Shown here in pieces: positions 1 to 12,202 of a DNA stretch of 64,000 nucleotides (positions are counted from its first letter, which is position 1; every line of letters begins with the position of its first letter). Location: assembly GCA_963771915.1 (NCBI GenBank), contig CAVYVD010000002.1:506511-570510 (forward strand), read 5' to 3'. The position numbers were made by a program, and so were the translations under genes. The notes below the pieces were generated by a model. The model saw only the letters and a program-made list of their open reading frames with translations. It searched no databases and was not told where the DNA came from. This DNA comes from an uncultured Solirubrobacterales bacterium. Lineage in GTDB: Bacteria; Actinomycetota; Thermoleophilia; Solirubrobacterales; Solirubrobacteraceae.

Positions 1-1668
1 CGAGCTCGCGCTCGCGCCGGGGTTGAACGTGCTTACGGGGGAGACGGGCGCCGGCAAGACGGTGCTCGCACACGCGCTCGACCTGCTGCTGGGTGGGCGC
101 GCGCGCACCGGGATCGTGCGCCCCGGCGCCGCCGAGGCGTATGTCGAGGGGGTCTTCGCGCCCTCCCCCGCGCTGCTGGAGGAGCTTCGCTCCGGGGGCG
201 AGCACGGCGAGCTGCTGCCAGCCGGCGCCGAGGAGATCGTGCTGGCGCGGCGCGTGGGGGCCGACGGGCGCACCCGCGCATATCTAAATGGCCGCACCGC
301 CACCGTCGCGGACCTGCGCCGGCTCGGGGAGCGCCTGCTTGCCTTCTACGGCCAGCACGAGCACCGCAAGCTCACGCTCGCCGCCGCCCAGCTCGAGATC
401 CTCGACGGCTTCTGCGGTCCCGAGCAGGCCGCGCGGCTCGCCGCTTGCGCCGCCGCCCATGGCGAGGTGCGGGAGCTGCGCGAGCAGCTGGAGCAGTTGC
501 GGGAGCTGGAGGGGGCGCGCGAGCGGGAGCTCGACCTGCTCGAGCACGAGCTCGCCGAGATCGAGCAGGCAGCGCCGCGGGAGGGCGAGCCCGAGCGGCT
601 GCAGGCGGAGCGCGAGCGGCTGCGCGGCCTGGATGCGCTGCTCGCCGCCGCCGGCCAGGCGGCCGAGGCGCTGGAGGGGGCGTGGGACGCCGATTCCCCC
701 GGGGCCGCGGCGTCGAGCGCGAACGCCGCCGCGCGCCTGGATGCCCTCGCGGGCGTGGACCCCCAGCTCGACGCGCTCGCCGAGCGAGCCCACGCGCTGG
801 CGATCGAGGCTGGGGATCTCGCGGGCGAGCTGCGCGGGTACGGCGAGCGGCTGGAGGCCGAGGCGGCGGGTGTGAGAGAGGGGGAGGGGGAGGGGGGAGG
901 AGGGCTTCAGGCCGTTGAAGAGCGACTGGCCGCGTTGGAGCGCCTGCAGCGCAAGCACGGCCCCACGATCGCCGCGGTCCTGGAGCACGGGGAGCGCTCG
1001 CGGGAGCGTCGTGAGCAGCTGCTGGGGGCCGCGGTCGCGCTCGAGGATCTCACCGCGCGTCTGCTCACCGCGCAGGCCGCGCTCGATGAGCGGGTGCGTG
1101 ACCTGCGGGCCGTGCGCCGGGCGGCCGCGCCGCGCCTGGCCGAGGCGGTGTGTCAGCAGCTCGCCGCGCTGGCGATGCCCGGGGCCGCCTTCGCGGTGGA
1201 GCTCTCCCCGCGCGAGCCCGGCCCCGGTGGCGGGGACGCGGTCGAGTTCGAGATCGCCCCCAACCCCGGCGTCGCCGCCGGGCCGGTGCGCGAGATCGCC
1301 TCCGGGGGGAGCTCTCGCGCGTGATGCTCGCGCTCATGACCGTCGCCAACACGGGCTTCGAGGCGACGCTCGTGTTCGACGAGGTCGACGCCGGGATCGG
1401 TGGCCACACGGCGCGCGCCGTGGGGGAGCGCCTGCGCGACCTCGCCGGCGTCCGCCAGGTGGTGTGCATCACCCACCTGCCCCAGATCGCCTCGCTCGCC
1501 GCCCGCCACTTCTCGGTCGTCAAGGACACCGCCGCGGACACCACCCGCGCGAGCGTCCACCAGCTCGGCGAGCCCGAGGTCCTCTCGGAGCTCGTGCGGA
1601 TGCTCGGCGCCCCCGAGCGAGACGTCTCGGCTCGCCGCCACGCGCGCGAGCTGCGCAGGGCGGCCTGA
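1..1668 (+). CDS. recN: DNA repair protein RecN (5'-truncated by window; frameshift at G-run ~1303-1309)
   Basis: Walker A LTGETGAGKT; FYGQHEH. The ABC signature IASGG/ELSRVMLAL is split over two frames; FDEVDAGIGG and CITHLPQIA follow in ORF 1150..1668. Confidence 0.95.
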
Positions 1669-1683
1669 GGCGCGCTGCCCCGG

Positions 1684-2133
1684 TCACGCTTCGCAGAGAG
1701 CCGTTTCTTCGCCTTCGGTTTCGGCTTCGCTGGTGCTCCCGCCTTCGCACTGCGATCCGCCCGCGCTTCCTGAGGACTGTCCGTGTTCTACCGCTTCCCC
1801 GCCTTCTTCCGCTTCTTCGGCACCTTCGCCGCCTCCAGCGGACGCGGGCCGCCTGGATGGGCTCTTAGCGTTGTGCCCCCCGCCCCTGGAGTGAGTGTGG
1901 GACTTGCCGCCCTTGCCGTGCGACTTGCCCGAGCTCGCGGCCCCTGGGCCGGTGCAGGGGTGTGCGCCGTGCTTTGAGTGGCCGGCAGCGGAGCGCGTGC
2001 AGAGTGGCCCGTGCTCCCGTGCTCTCGCCTGGGGGGAGAGGACCAGGGCGAGCGTGAGCACGGCCAACGTGAGCACGACCGCCAGGGTCCTCATACGGGT
2101 CGGGATGGTGGCAGTCATGGCTTCAGTTCTCAT
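1684..2133 (-). CDS. Small secreted protein with Lys/His-rich middle and Glu-rich tail
   Basis: Signal-peptide-like [25 protein letters not shown]; 4 Cys; the start may be ATG 2118. Confidence 0.6.
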   Translation of the reverse strand: MRTEAMTATIPTRMRTLAVVLTLAVLTLALVLSPQARAREHGPLCTRSAAGHSKHGAHPCTGPGAASSGKSHGKGGKSHTHSRGGGHNAKSPSRRPASAGGGEGAEEAEEGGEAVEHGQSSGSAGGSQCEGGSTSEAETEGEETALCEA

Positions 2134-2279
2134 CGTCCCCCTCCGCTCCGAGCCCTAGCGCTGGGGGCATCGCTGGACGAGGGGCCGAGCGTGGAGGACC
2201 ACGTCGAGGAGGCTGGAGCGGGAGTACGGGGGCGGTTCGGCTTCCGGGGCCGCGGGGACTAGACTCCCTGAGCAGGTAC

Positions 2280-4130
<1,851 letters not shown>

Positions 4131-4149
4131 GCGCACCCCGGGCAGGCCG

Positions 4150-5423
4150 TTGAGCGCCTCCGTCCCCGGCGGCCCGCCGGACGAGCTGGAGCGCCGCCAC
4201 CTCCACGACCTCTTCGCCGAGCTCTGCGGGATCGAGAGCCCCTCGGGCAGCGAGCGCGCCTGCGCGCAGCGGATCGCCGGGGAGCTCCAGGCGCTCGAAA
4301 TCGAGGTCCAGGAGGACGACGCGGGCGCCGCCGCGGGCTCGAACTGCGGCAACCTGCTCGCGCGCATTCCCGCGGAGGGGGGAAGGGGCGCAGGGGAGGA
4401 TGCGCGCCCCGGTGTCGCCGACGAGCGGGGAAAGAGGGAGGAGGGGGAGGGGGGGAGCATGGAACCGGGCGCCCCTGCGTGCTGCTGTGCGCGCACATGG
4501 ACACGGTCCCGCTGCAGGCGCCGGTGGAGCCCGTCCTGCGGGAGGGGTACTGGGAGAACGCCAACGAGGGGATCCTCGGAGCCGACAACAAGGCCGCGGT
4601 GGCGGTGCTGCTCGCGCTCGCCCGCCGCATCCGCCGCGAACGGTTGAGAGACCCGCCCACCGTGGTCCCCCCGATCGACATCGAGCTGCTCTTCACCGTC
4701 GGGGAGGAGCGCTCGCTCGCGGGCGCCCGGTCGTTCGACGTGGGGCGCCTGCGCAGCGGCCTGGGCTACGTCTTCGACCACTCCTCACCCGTCGGGGAGG
4801 TGATCCTCTCCTCGCCCACCCACCACCGCCTGCAGGCCACCTTCCGCGGCGCAGCGGCCCACGCGGGCGTGCGCCCCGAGGAGGGCCGTAGCGCGATCCT
4901 CGCGGCCGCGCGCGCCGTGGCCGACATGCGCCTCGGGCGCATCGACGCGCACACCACCGCCAACGTGGGCACGATCGCGGGGGGCTCCGCGATCAACGTG
5001 ATCCCCGAGCGCTGCTCGATCCTCGCGGAGGTGCGCAGCGACCGTGAGGAGCGCGCGGAGGAGATCCTCGCGGAGCTGCTCGACTGCGTGCACGAGGCCG
5101 CGAACCTTCGCGAGTGCGAATGTGACGTGGACGTCACCGTGGAGCGCACCTTCAGGGGCTACAGCACCTCCCCCTCCACCCCCGCGGTGCGCGCGGCGGA
5201 GAGCGCGCTGCGCGCCTGCGGCCACGAGCCCGTGCGGGTCGCGAGCGGGGGCGCCTCGGACGCCAACGCCCTGATCGCCGCGGGCCTGCCGGTGGTGAAC
5301 CTCGCGAACGGCACGGAGCGCAACCACGAGCCCGGCGAGCGCGTCAGCGCCGCCGCGCTGGAGGCGATGCTCGAAGTCGCGCTGGCTCTTCCGGGCGCGG
5401 TCGCGGACGTCACGCAGGAGTAG
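4150..5423 (+). CDS. M20 family metallopeptidase (peptidase T-like); frameshift ~4440-4480
   Basis: N-term IESPSGSER in ORF 4150; AHMDTV, GADNKA, GEE, GGASDAN, HEPGE in ORF 4479. Confidence 0.88.
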
Positions 5424-5450
5424 CCGCGCGAGGGGAGAAGGAGGAGTCTC

Positions 5451-6476
5451 GTGAGCGCGCCCCGGTCCACCTCCCCCTACCCCCCCTCCTCCCTCTCCTC
5501 CTCCAGCCCCACCTCGGCACAGTCCGCGCCTGAGGATCTCGCGAGCCTCGCGCTCGACTTCCTCGCATATCTGGAGCTCGAGCGGGGGCTCTCCCGCAAC
5601 ACGCTCGAGGCCTACCGCGTCGACCTGTTCCAGCTCGGCGAGTTCCTGCGCGCCCGCGGTCTGGGTGCGCTCGATGTGAGCCACAATGACCTCGCGGCGT
5701 TCCTCTCCGGGCTCGCGGACGGCGACGAGGATCGGGGGGGGCGGGCACCGGTATCCCCCGCCACGCTGCAGCGCAAGGCGGCCTGTCTGCGCTCCTTCTA
5801 TCGCCATCTGCGCCGTGAGGGAGTGCTGGAGCGCGACCCCACCGCCGAGCTGCGCGGGCCCCCGCGCCTGCAGCGCCTCCCCGCGGTCCTCACGCGCGAG
5901 GAGGTCACCCTCCTGCTGCGCCAGCCCGACGTGGGCGGCGAGGGATCGAAGGCCGACCAGCTCGCGCTGCGCGACCGGGCGCTGCTGGAGGTGATGTACG
6001 CCTGCGGGCTGCGCGCCTCGGAGACGATCGCTCTCCAGGTGGCCGACCTGGACCTGGAGGAGGGCATGCTCCGCGCCCGCGGCAAGGGCTCCAAGGAGCG
6101 CATCGTCCCCATCGGGCGCCAGGCCGTCGCCGCGCTGCGTGCCTGGTGCGAGCGCGGGCGGCCCGCGCTCCATGCCGCAGGGGTGGACCCCGGCGCCACG
6201 CTCTTTCTCAACCACCGCGGCCGTCCCCTGACGCGCCAGGGCCTCTACAAGATCGTCCAGGGCCACGCCCGCAGCGCGGGGCTCTCGGAGCGCATGAGCC
6301 CCCACACCCTGCGCCACACCTTTGCCACCCACCTGCTCGCCGGGGGCTGCGACCTGCGCTCCCTGCAGGACATGCTCGGCCACGCGGATCTCGCCACCAC
6401 CCAGGTCTACACCCACCTCTCGGCGGAGCGCCTCAAGGGCGTCTACTTCAAGGCCCACCCACGCGCGCAGCGATAA
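5451..6476 (+). CDS. xerD: Site-specific tyrosine recombinase XerD
   Basis: LERGLSRNTLEAY, YACGLRASE, GKGSKER, HTLRHTFATHLL, LGHADLATTQVY. Confidence 0.93.
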   Translation: MSAPRSTSPYPPSSLSSSSPTSAQSAPEDLASLALDFLAYLELERGLSRNTLEAYRVDLFQLGEFLRARGLGALDVSHNDLAAFLSGLADGDEDRGGRAPVSPATLQRKAACLRSFYRHLRREGVLERDPTAELRGPPRLQRLPAVLTREEVTLLLRQPDVGGEGSKADQLALRDRALLEVMYACGLRASETIALQVADLDLEEGMLRARGKGSKERIVPIGRQAVAALRAWCERGRPALHAAGVDPGATLFLNHRGRPLTRQGLYKIVQGHARSAGLSERMSPHTLRHTFATHLLAGGCDLRSLQDMLGHADLATTQVYTHLSAERLKGVYFKAHPRAQR

Positions 6477-6546
6477 GACGCCCCCGCGCCCCGCGCGCTC
6501 CCGAGCTGCGCTCACATCCGTGAGGGGGCACGTAAGCTGGGGTGCC

Positions 6547-7407
6547 TTGCCCGAGCTCCCCGAGGTCGAGACCATCCGCCGCCAGCTCGCCCCGCTCGTC
6601 GAGGGCCGGCGCCTGACGCGCATCGAGATCCTCGACCCCCGCTGGTCGCGCCCGCTCGCCCCCGAGGAGCTGGCCGACGCGCTCATGGGGCGGCGCATCG
6701 AGCGTCTGGAGAGGCGGGGCAAGTATCTCGTGTGGGGCCTCTCCGATGAGGTCTTCCTCGCCCAGCACCTGCGGATGACCGGGGCGGTCCTGTGCGAACC
6801 CAAGCCCGAGCCCGAGCATGTGCGCGTGCGCATCGAGCTGCGCCCCCGGCGGCGCCTGGTGATCGTCGATCCCCGCCGCTTCGGCACCGGGGAGCTGCTG
6901 CTCGGAGCGCGGGCGCTGGAGGAGTTCTTCGCCGCGCGCCTCGGACTGGAGCCCTTGGACGAGCGCTTCACCGCCGGGCACCTGCGGGCGCTCGCGCGCG
7001 GGCGCTCGGCTCCGATCAAGGCATTTCTGCTCGACCAGCGCCGGGTGGCCGGCGTGGGCAACATCTACGCCGACGAGGCCCTCTTCCGCGCCGGCGTGCA
7101 CCCGCTGCGCCCCGCGGGGCGGCTCTCGCTCCCCCAGTATGCCCGCCTGCGCGAGACGGTGATCGAGGTGCTGCTCGAAGGGATCGACGCGCGGGGGGCC
7201 ACGATCGACGACTTCCGCCACGTCGACGGGGTGCGGGGCTCCTTCCAGGATCGCTTCCTCGTGCACCGCCGCGAGGGGGAGCCCTGCCCGCGCTGCGGGA
7301 GGACGATCGTGAAGATGGTGGTCGCGGGCCGGGGCACCTACGTGTGCGAGAGCTGCCAGCCGCGCCCGCGGGGGACCGGCCGGCGCGGGCGGGGTCCTCG
7401 TCGTTGA
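6547..7407 (+). CDS. mutM: Formamidopyrimidine-DNA glycosylase
   Basis: TTG start giving (M)PELPEVE; RRGKY, HLRMTG, GVGNIYADE; C-terminal CxxC...CxxC zinc finger. Confidence 0.96.
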   Translation: MPELPEVETIRRQLAPLVEGRRLTRIEILDPRWSRPLAPEELADALMGRRIERLERRGKYLVWGLSDEVFLAQHLRMTGAVLCEPKPEPEHVRVRIELRPRRRLVIVDPRRFGTGELLLGARALEEFFAARLGLEPLDERFTAGHLRALARGRSAPIKAFLLDQRRVAGVGNIYADEALFRAGVHPLRPAGRLSLPQYARLRETVIEVLLEGIDARGATIDDFRHVDGVRGSFQDRFLVHRREGEPCPRCGRTIVKMVVAGRGTYVCESCQPRPRGTGRRGRGPRR

Positions 7408-7468
7408 GCCGGGCAGCGGGCAGCTATGGGGCGGGGTCCTCGTCGTTGACTCAGGCAGCGAGCAGCTA
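7387..7468. repeat. 42-bp tandem duplication between the convergent mutM and glutaredoxin stops
   Basis: gcggggtcctcgtcgttga...ggcagcg(g/a)gcagcta at 7389 and 7431. Confidence 0.8.
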
Positions 7469-7735
7469 GGCCGCTGGCGGAGCTCCGATCCGCAGCTCGT
7501 CCAGGCGCCCGCTGTCGACGGCCGCCCGCGTCTCGTTGAAGCCCCCCACCAGCTGACCACCGACGAGCACCTGGGGGAAGGTCATCATCCCCGTCTTCGA
7601 AACCAGCTCCATGCGCCCCTCGGGGTTCTTGGAGAGGTTGACCTCCGAAAACTCCAGCCCCTGGGAGCGCAGCAGCCCCTTCACGCGCGCGCAGTAGCCG
7701 CATGGCTCAGTTGTATATACGGTGATCGCGCTCAT
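7466..7735 (-). CDS. Glutaredoxin (GrxC-like)
   Basis: MSAITVYTTEPCGYC; TFPQV, VGGF. Confidence 0.92.
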   Translation of the reverse strand: MSAITVYTTEPCGYCARVKGLLRSQGLEFSEVNLSKNPEGRMELVSKTGMMTFPQVLVGGQLVGGFNETRAAVDSGRLDELRIGAPPAA

Positions 7736-7839
7736 TACTTCATAAAGTATAGCCAAGGTGCGGGAGCGGCCCGCACAACCGGCGGGCGACTCCGAAAGCC
7801 GTCCGAAGACGGGTGGGGGTGGCTCTAAACTCGCCCTCG

Positions 7840-8568
7840 ATGGCGGGACCGGTCAAGACGGAGGCGGTGGTGCTGCGCTCGATGCGCTACGGGGAGGCGG
7901 ACAGGATCCTGCACGTCTACACGCCCCACCGGGGGCGGGTGAGCGCGATCGCCAAGGGAGTGCGGCGCGCGCGCAGCCGCTTCGGGGGGCGACTGGAGCC
8001 GTTCTTCCGCCTACGCCTGGAGCTGCACGAGGGGCGCGGGGAGCTCCTGACGGTAACCGGCGCCCAGACAGTGGATGGACATCCCCGCCTGCGCGAAGAC
8101 GCCCGCGCGCTCGACGCCGCCGCGCGGGCGTGCGACGCGGTGGGGCGCCTGTTCGAGACCGAGGAGCCCCACCCCGGCGTGTTCAACCTGCTCTGTCGCA
8201 AGCTGAGCCTGCTCGACAACCGGCCCGGAGCGGCCACCCGCGCGGGGGGGCTGCAGTTCCGTCTGAAGCTGCTGCACGCAGCCGGGCTCGCTCCGCAGCT
8301 GGGGGCGTGCGCACACTGCGGGGAGCCCGAGCATCTGGTCGGCTTCTCGGGGGCCGCGGGGGGCGTGGTGTGCGGTGCCTGTGAGGCGGCGTCGTTCCCG
8401 CTCGGCGAGGATGCCCACGGCTTCATGGTGAGGGCCCTCGCCCAGGCGCTTGCGGAGGCCCCCTCGGCCTCCGAGCAGGCGCTCGGCCAGGTGGAGCGCG
8501 CGATCTCCGAGACGCTCGAGCACCACGCCCACCTGCGGCTAAGGCCCCTGGTGGGGCGCGCGGGCTGA
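7840..8568 (+). CDS. recO: DNA repair protein RecO
   Basis: EAVVLRSMRYGEADRI, AKGVRR..SRFGGRLEPF; CxxC...CxxC. Confidence 0.95.
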   Translation: MAGPVKTEAVVLRSMRYGEADRILHVYTPHRGRVSAIAKGVRRARSRFGGRLEPFFRLRLELHEGRGELLTVTGAQTVDGHPRLREDARALDAAARACDAVGRLFETEEPHPGVFNLLCRKLSLLDNRPGAATRAGGLQFRLKLLHAAGLAPQLGACAHCGEPEHLVGFSGAAGGVVCGACEAASFPLGEDAHGFMVRALAQALAEAPSASEQALGQVERAISETLEHHAHLRLRPLVGRAG

Positions 8569-8582
8569 CCGACACCGGTATC

Positions 8583-8948
8583 GTGCCCCCCGTGGACGAG
8601 GGACTGCCGATCGCCTATCAACTGCTCGACGGCGGCGTGCCCGTACTGTCCTGCGACGGCACGCGGGTGGGGACCGTGATGAGCGTGCTGGCGGCCCCCG
8701 AGAAGGACGTCTTCCACGGGCTCCTGATCGAGACCTCCGGCCGCACCGTCCACTTCGTCGAGGCGGCCGCGATCGCGTCGATTCACGAACACGGCGTCGA
8801 CCTGCGGATCGACGCGGCTGCCGTCCAGGGCCTCCCCGGGCCGGAGCACAAGGCGCCCGTGTTCAACGAGGACCCCGGCGACCAGGGTCGCTGGCACCAC
8901 TGGGTCCACCACCTCAGCGGGCGCGGCGACTGGAACCGCGAGCGCTGA
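8583..8948 (+). CDS. Hypothetical protein, PRC-barrel-like
   Basis: GVPVLSCDGTRVGTV pattern; co-oriented between recO and dgt-like gene. Confidence 0.65.
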   Translation: MPPVDEGLPIAYQLLDGGVPVLSCDGTRVGTVMSVLAAPEKDVFHGLLIETSGRTVHFVEAAAIASIHEHGVDLRIDAAAVQGLPGPEHKAPVFNEDPGDQGRWHHWVHHLSGRGDWNRER

Positions 8949-8976
8949 GCGCCCGCTCGCTGCCACAATCGAGGGC

Positions 8977-10023
8977 ATGAGCGTGGCAACCGACACGGGC
9001 ACGGTGGCGGGCGCCTTCGCGGCGCGCTGGGCGGAGCTCGAGGAGCTCACGCTCTCCTCGCCGGCGGCGCGCTCCTACCCGGCGCGGCGGGCGCGGGAGG
9101 AGCAGGCCGATCGGATCTCGGCGAGCTCTCTGCGTACGCCCTTCCAGCGCGACCGCGACAGGATCGTGCACAGCAAGGCGTTCCGCCGCCTGAAGCACAA
9201 GACCCAGGTGTTCGTGGCGCCGATGGGGGACCACTACCGCACGCGGCTCACCCACACGCTGGAGGTCACGGGTATCTCGCGCACGGTGGCCCGCGCGCTG
9301 CGCCTCAACGAGGACCTGACGGAGGCGATCGGGCTGGGCCACGACCTCGGGCACCCCCCGTTCGGGCACATCGGGGAGGAGGTGCTGGACGCCTGCCTGC
9401 GCGAGCGCTTCGGCGGGGGCTTCCGCCACTACGAGCACTCCCTGCGGGTGGTGGAGCGCCTGGAGCGCGACGGCGCGGGCCTGAACCTGACCGAGCAGGT
9501 GCGCGACGGAATCGCCCGTCACTCCAGCCGCGCCCCCGAGCCGGCAACGCTCGAGGGGCGGATCGTGCGGACCATGGACCGCGTGGCGTACATCAACCAC
9601 GACATCGACGACGCGGTGCGCGCGGGCCTGCTGCGCGAGCGCGACCTGCCCGCGGAGCCGCTCAGGGTGCTCGGGCGCTCGGGCTCGGAGCGGATCGACG
9701 CGCTCGTGCACGACATGGTGGAGCGCTCCGAGCGCGAGGGGGGGATCGTCCAGGGAGAGGAGGCCGAGCGCGCGATGGGGCAGCTGCGGGAGTTCATGTT
9801 CGAGCGCGTCTACCTCGGCCCGGAGGTGCGCGCGGAGCGCGAGCGCATCGAAGGGGTGGTGCGCAGGCTCTTCGAGCACTACGTCGAGCACCCCGAGCAG
9901 CTGCCCGGTCCCGGCGAGGGGGAGCTTGCCCAGCGCGTGACGGACTACCTGGCGGGAATGACCGACCGCTACTGCATCAGGGCATACACCGAGCTCCAGG
10001 TGCCCCGCGCGTTCGCGGGCTGA
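8977..10023 (+). CDS. dgt: Deoxyguanosinetriphosphate triphosphohydrolase-like HD protein
   Basis: RTPFQRDRDRIVHSKAFRRLKHKTQVF, RTRLTHTLEV, HDLGHPPFGH, DYLAGMTD. Confidence 0.93.
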   Translation: MSVATDTGTVAGAFAARWAELEELTLSSPAARSYPARRAREEQADRISASSLRTPFQRDRDRIVHSKAFRRLKHKTQVFVAPMGDHYRTRLTHTLEVTGISRTVARALRLNEDLTEAIGLGHDLGHPPFGHIGEEVLDACLRERFGGGFRHYEHSLRVVERLERDGAGLNLTEQVRDGIARHSSRAPEPATLEGRIVRTMDRVAYINHDIDDAVRAGLLRERDLPAEPLRVLGRSGSERIDALVHDMVERSEREGGIVQGEEAERAMGQLREFMFERVYLGPEVRAERERIEGVVRRLFEHYVEHPEQLPGPGEGELAQRVTDYLAGMTDRYCIRAYTELQVPRAFAG

Positions 10024-10116
10024 GGGCACCGGCTCCACCCGGGGATGTGCGCTCCGAGCGCGGTGGGGGGCTTCCGGCGAGGCGCTCGGCGGGCGCGAGC
10101 GGCTAGCGTAACCCCG

Positions 10117-12069
10117 ATGGCCCGCTACACACAGGCGTCCAAGGACAGGGTGCGCGACGCGGTGGACTTCGTCGAGCTGGTCTCCGCGCGCACGGACCTG
10201 CGCCGCGCGGGCCCCAGCAGCTACGAGGGGCTGTGTCCCTTCCACGACGAGCGCAGCCCCTCCTTCGGGATCGACCCGGGCCGCAAGGTGTACTACTGCT
10301 TCGGCTGCCAGGCGAAGGGGGACGTGTTCACGTTCGTGCAGGAGACCGAGGGGGTGGACTTCAAGGGGGCGCTGGAGCTGCTCGCGGACCGCTGCGGGGT
10401 GGAGCTCGAGCGCGAGGCGGAGGACCCCCGCGAAGCGGAGAACCGCCGGCGGCGGGAGCGCCTCATGGAGTTGCTGGCGCGCACGGCGGCCTTCTACGAG
10501 CGCTGTCTGTGGGAGTCCGGGGAGGCGGCGCACGCACGGGAGTACCTGGAGGGGCGGGGCCTTGAGGAGCAGACGCTGAGGGCGTTTCGCGTGGGGTACG
10601 CGCCGAGCGCGTGGGACCGCGTGCTGCTGGCCTCGCGCCGGGGGGGCTTCTCCGAGCAGGAGCTCCACGCCACCGGCCTCGCGCAGCGCTCCGCCAGCGA
10701 GCGGGGGCGCATCTACGACCGCTTCCGCGCGCGGATCATGTTCCCGCTGGCGGACGTGCGCGGCCGGGTGCTGGGCTTCGGCGCGCGCGCGCTGCGGGAG
10801 GAGCGATCGTCCGGGATCGGCCAGCAACCGAAGTACCTGAACACCTCCGACAACGAGATCTACCACAAGGGCCAGCACCTCTACGGCGCGGATCTGGCCC
10901 GCGCACACGCGGCGCGCGCGGGAAGGGTGATCCTCTGCGAGGGCTACACGGACGTGATCGCGATGCACCAGGCGGGGGTGCCGAACACGGTGGGGCTGAT
11001 GGGCACCGCGCTGACCGGAGAGCAGGTGGGGGAGCTCGCCCGGATGGCCTCGACGGTGCTGCTCGCGCTCGACGCGGACACCGCGGGCCAGGAGGCGATG
11101 CTGCGCGCCTCGCGGCTGGCGGCACAGAGGCGCCTGGAGCTGCGCGTGGTGAGCCTCCCCGGCGGGATGGACCCGGCGGAGCTCCTCCAGCGCGAGGGGC
11201 CACGGGGGATCGCGGCGGCGGTGGAGGAGTCGGTGCCCTTCGTGCGCTTCCGCGTGGAGCGCGTGCTGAGCGCGGGCGACCACTCCAGCCCTGAGGGCCG
11301 AGATCGCATGATCGAGGCGCTGCTCCCGGTCTTCGCCACGCTGCCCCCGAGCGCGATGCGGATGGAGCTCACGCGCCTGGTGGCGGGGCGCCTGGAGCTG
11401 CCGGAGAGCCTCGCGGAGACGCTGCTCTCGGCGTCCCCCAGGTCAGGCGCCAGCCCAGCCCGCGGGGGCGCCGAGACGGCACAGCCCCCCCGTGGCGGCG
11501 GCGGCGGATCGCAGTCCCCCCCCGGCGGCGGCGGATCGCGCGCGGGCGGGGGGACCGGGGGAGGAGGTTGGGAGACCGGGGCCCCCACCGGGATTGCAGG
11601 GGGAGGGCGGACAGCGGATCGCTCGGCGGCGGGTGAGCTCTCGCGCCGGGCGGAGACCGAGCGGACGTTCCTGGCGCTGTGCATCGCCTCCCCGGAGGAG
11701 GGCGAGCGGGCGCTCGCGGAACTGGAGCCCGAGGAGCACTTCACCAGCGAGCGCCTGCGCCGGGCGGCCGCACACCTGCGCGTCGGGCGCCTGCGCGAAC
11801 CGATGGGGGGCATCGAGCAGGATGACCCTGACCTCACGGGGGTGCTTGCGGAGCTGGTGGTGCAGGCCGGCCGCTGGCCCACCGCGGCGGCGCCGGCGAT
11901 GCTGGACGTCCAGCGCATGCAGCTCGACCTGGCGCGCCTGGACCGCCGCATCCTCACAGCGCGGGCCCAGGGCAGCGGCGAGGTGAGCGATCTGGCCCAC
12001 CGCCGTGCCGAGGTCAAACGCGCCTTCGAGCAGGCCTACGAGCGGGCGCTCGCGGAGACCGGGGGGTAG
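10117..12069 (+). CDS. dnaG: DNA primase
   Basis: CPFHDERSPSF...YCFGC zinc domain; KYLNT, EGYTDV, DADTAG. Confidence 0.97.
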   Translation: MARYTQASKDRVRDAVDFVELVSARTDLRRAGPSSYEGLCPFHDERSPSFGIDPGRKVYYCFGCQAKGDVFTFVQETEGVDFKGALELLADRCGVELEREAEDPREAENRRRRERLMELLARTAAFYERCLWESGEAAHAREYLEGRGLEEQTLRAFRVGYAPSAWDRVLLASRRGGFSEQELHATGLAQRSASERGRIYDRFRARIMFPLADVRGRVLGFGARALREERSSGIGQQPKYLNTSDNEIYHKGQHLYGADLARAHAARAGRVILCEGYTDVIAMHQAGVPNTVGLMGTALTGEQVGELARMASTVLLALDADTAGQEAMLRASRLAAQRRLELRVVSLPGGMDPAELLQREGPRGIAAAVEESVPFVRFRVERVLSAGDHSSPEGRDRMIEALLPVFATLPPSAMRMELTRLVAGRLELPESLAETLLSASPRSGASPARGGAETAQPPRGGGGGSQSPPGGGGSRAGGGTGGGGWETGAPTGIAGGGRTADRSAAGELSRRAETERTFLALCIASPEEGERALAELEPEEHFTSERLRRAAAHLRVGRLREPMGGIEQDDPDLTGVLAELVVQAGRWPTAAAPAMLDVQRMQLDLARLDRRILTARAQGSGEVSDLAHRRAEVKRAFEQAYERALAETGG

Positions 12070-12129
12070 GGGTCGACCGTCGATTCCGGTCGGTCTGCTG
12101 AATCGCTACCCTCCGGCGTAGAAGGTCGA

Positions 12130-12202
12130 TCTGGGGTAACTCAATTGGCAGAGTGCTCGGCTGTTAACCGAGATGTTGTGGGTTCGAGTCCCACCCCCAG
12201 AG
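12130..12202 (+). tRNA. tRNA-Asn(GTT)
   Basis: Acceptor TCTGGGG/CCCCAGA; anticodon arm CTCGG-CTGTTAA-CCGAG; GGTTCGAGTCC; no encoded CCA. Confidence 0.96.

Noticed and set aside
1300-1312. Programmed frameshift or pseudogenisation of recN
   Set aside because: One missing G in a homopolymer inside the conserved SGGE motif; typical long-read error
4395-4430. Possible seventh copy of the 45-bp palindromic element in the peptidase insertion
   Set aside because: Only GGATGCG..GTGTC matches; too degenerate to support
4440-4480. Split peptidase (also split ppx at ~17945-17985)
   Set aside because: Single frameshifts in G/C-rich tracts with both halves intact; most likely sequencing indels
5451-6476. 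Tyrosine recombinase as an island integrase
   Set aside because: XerD-type sequence in the usual recN-pyrG-xerD core context
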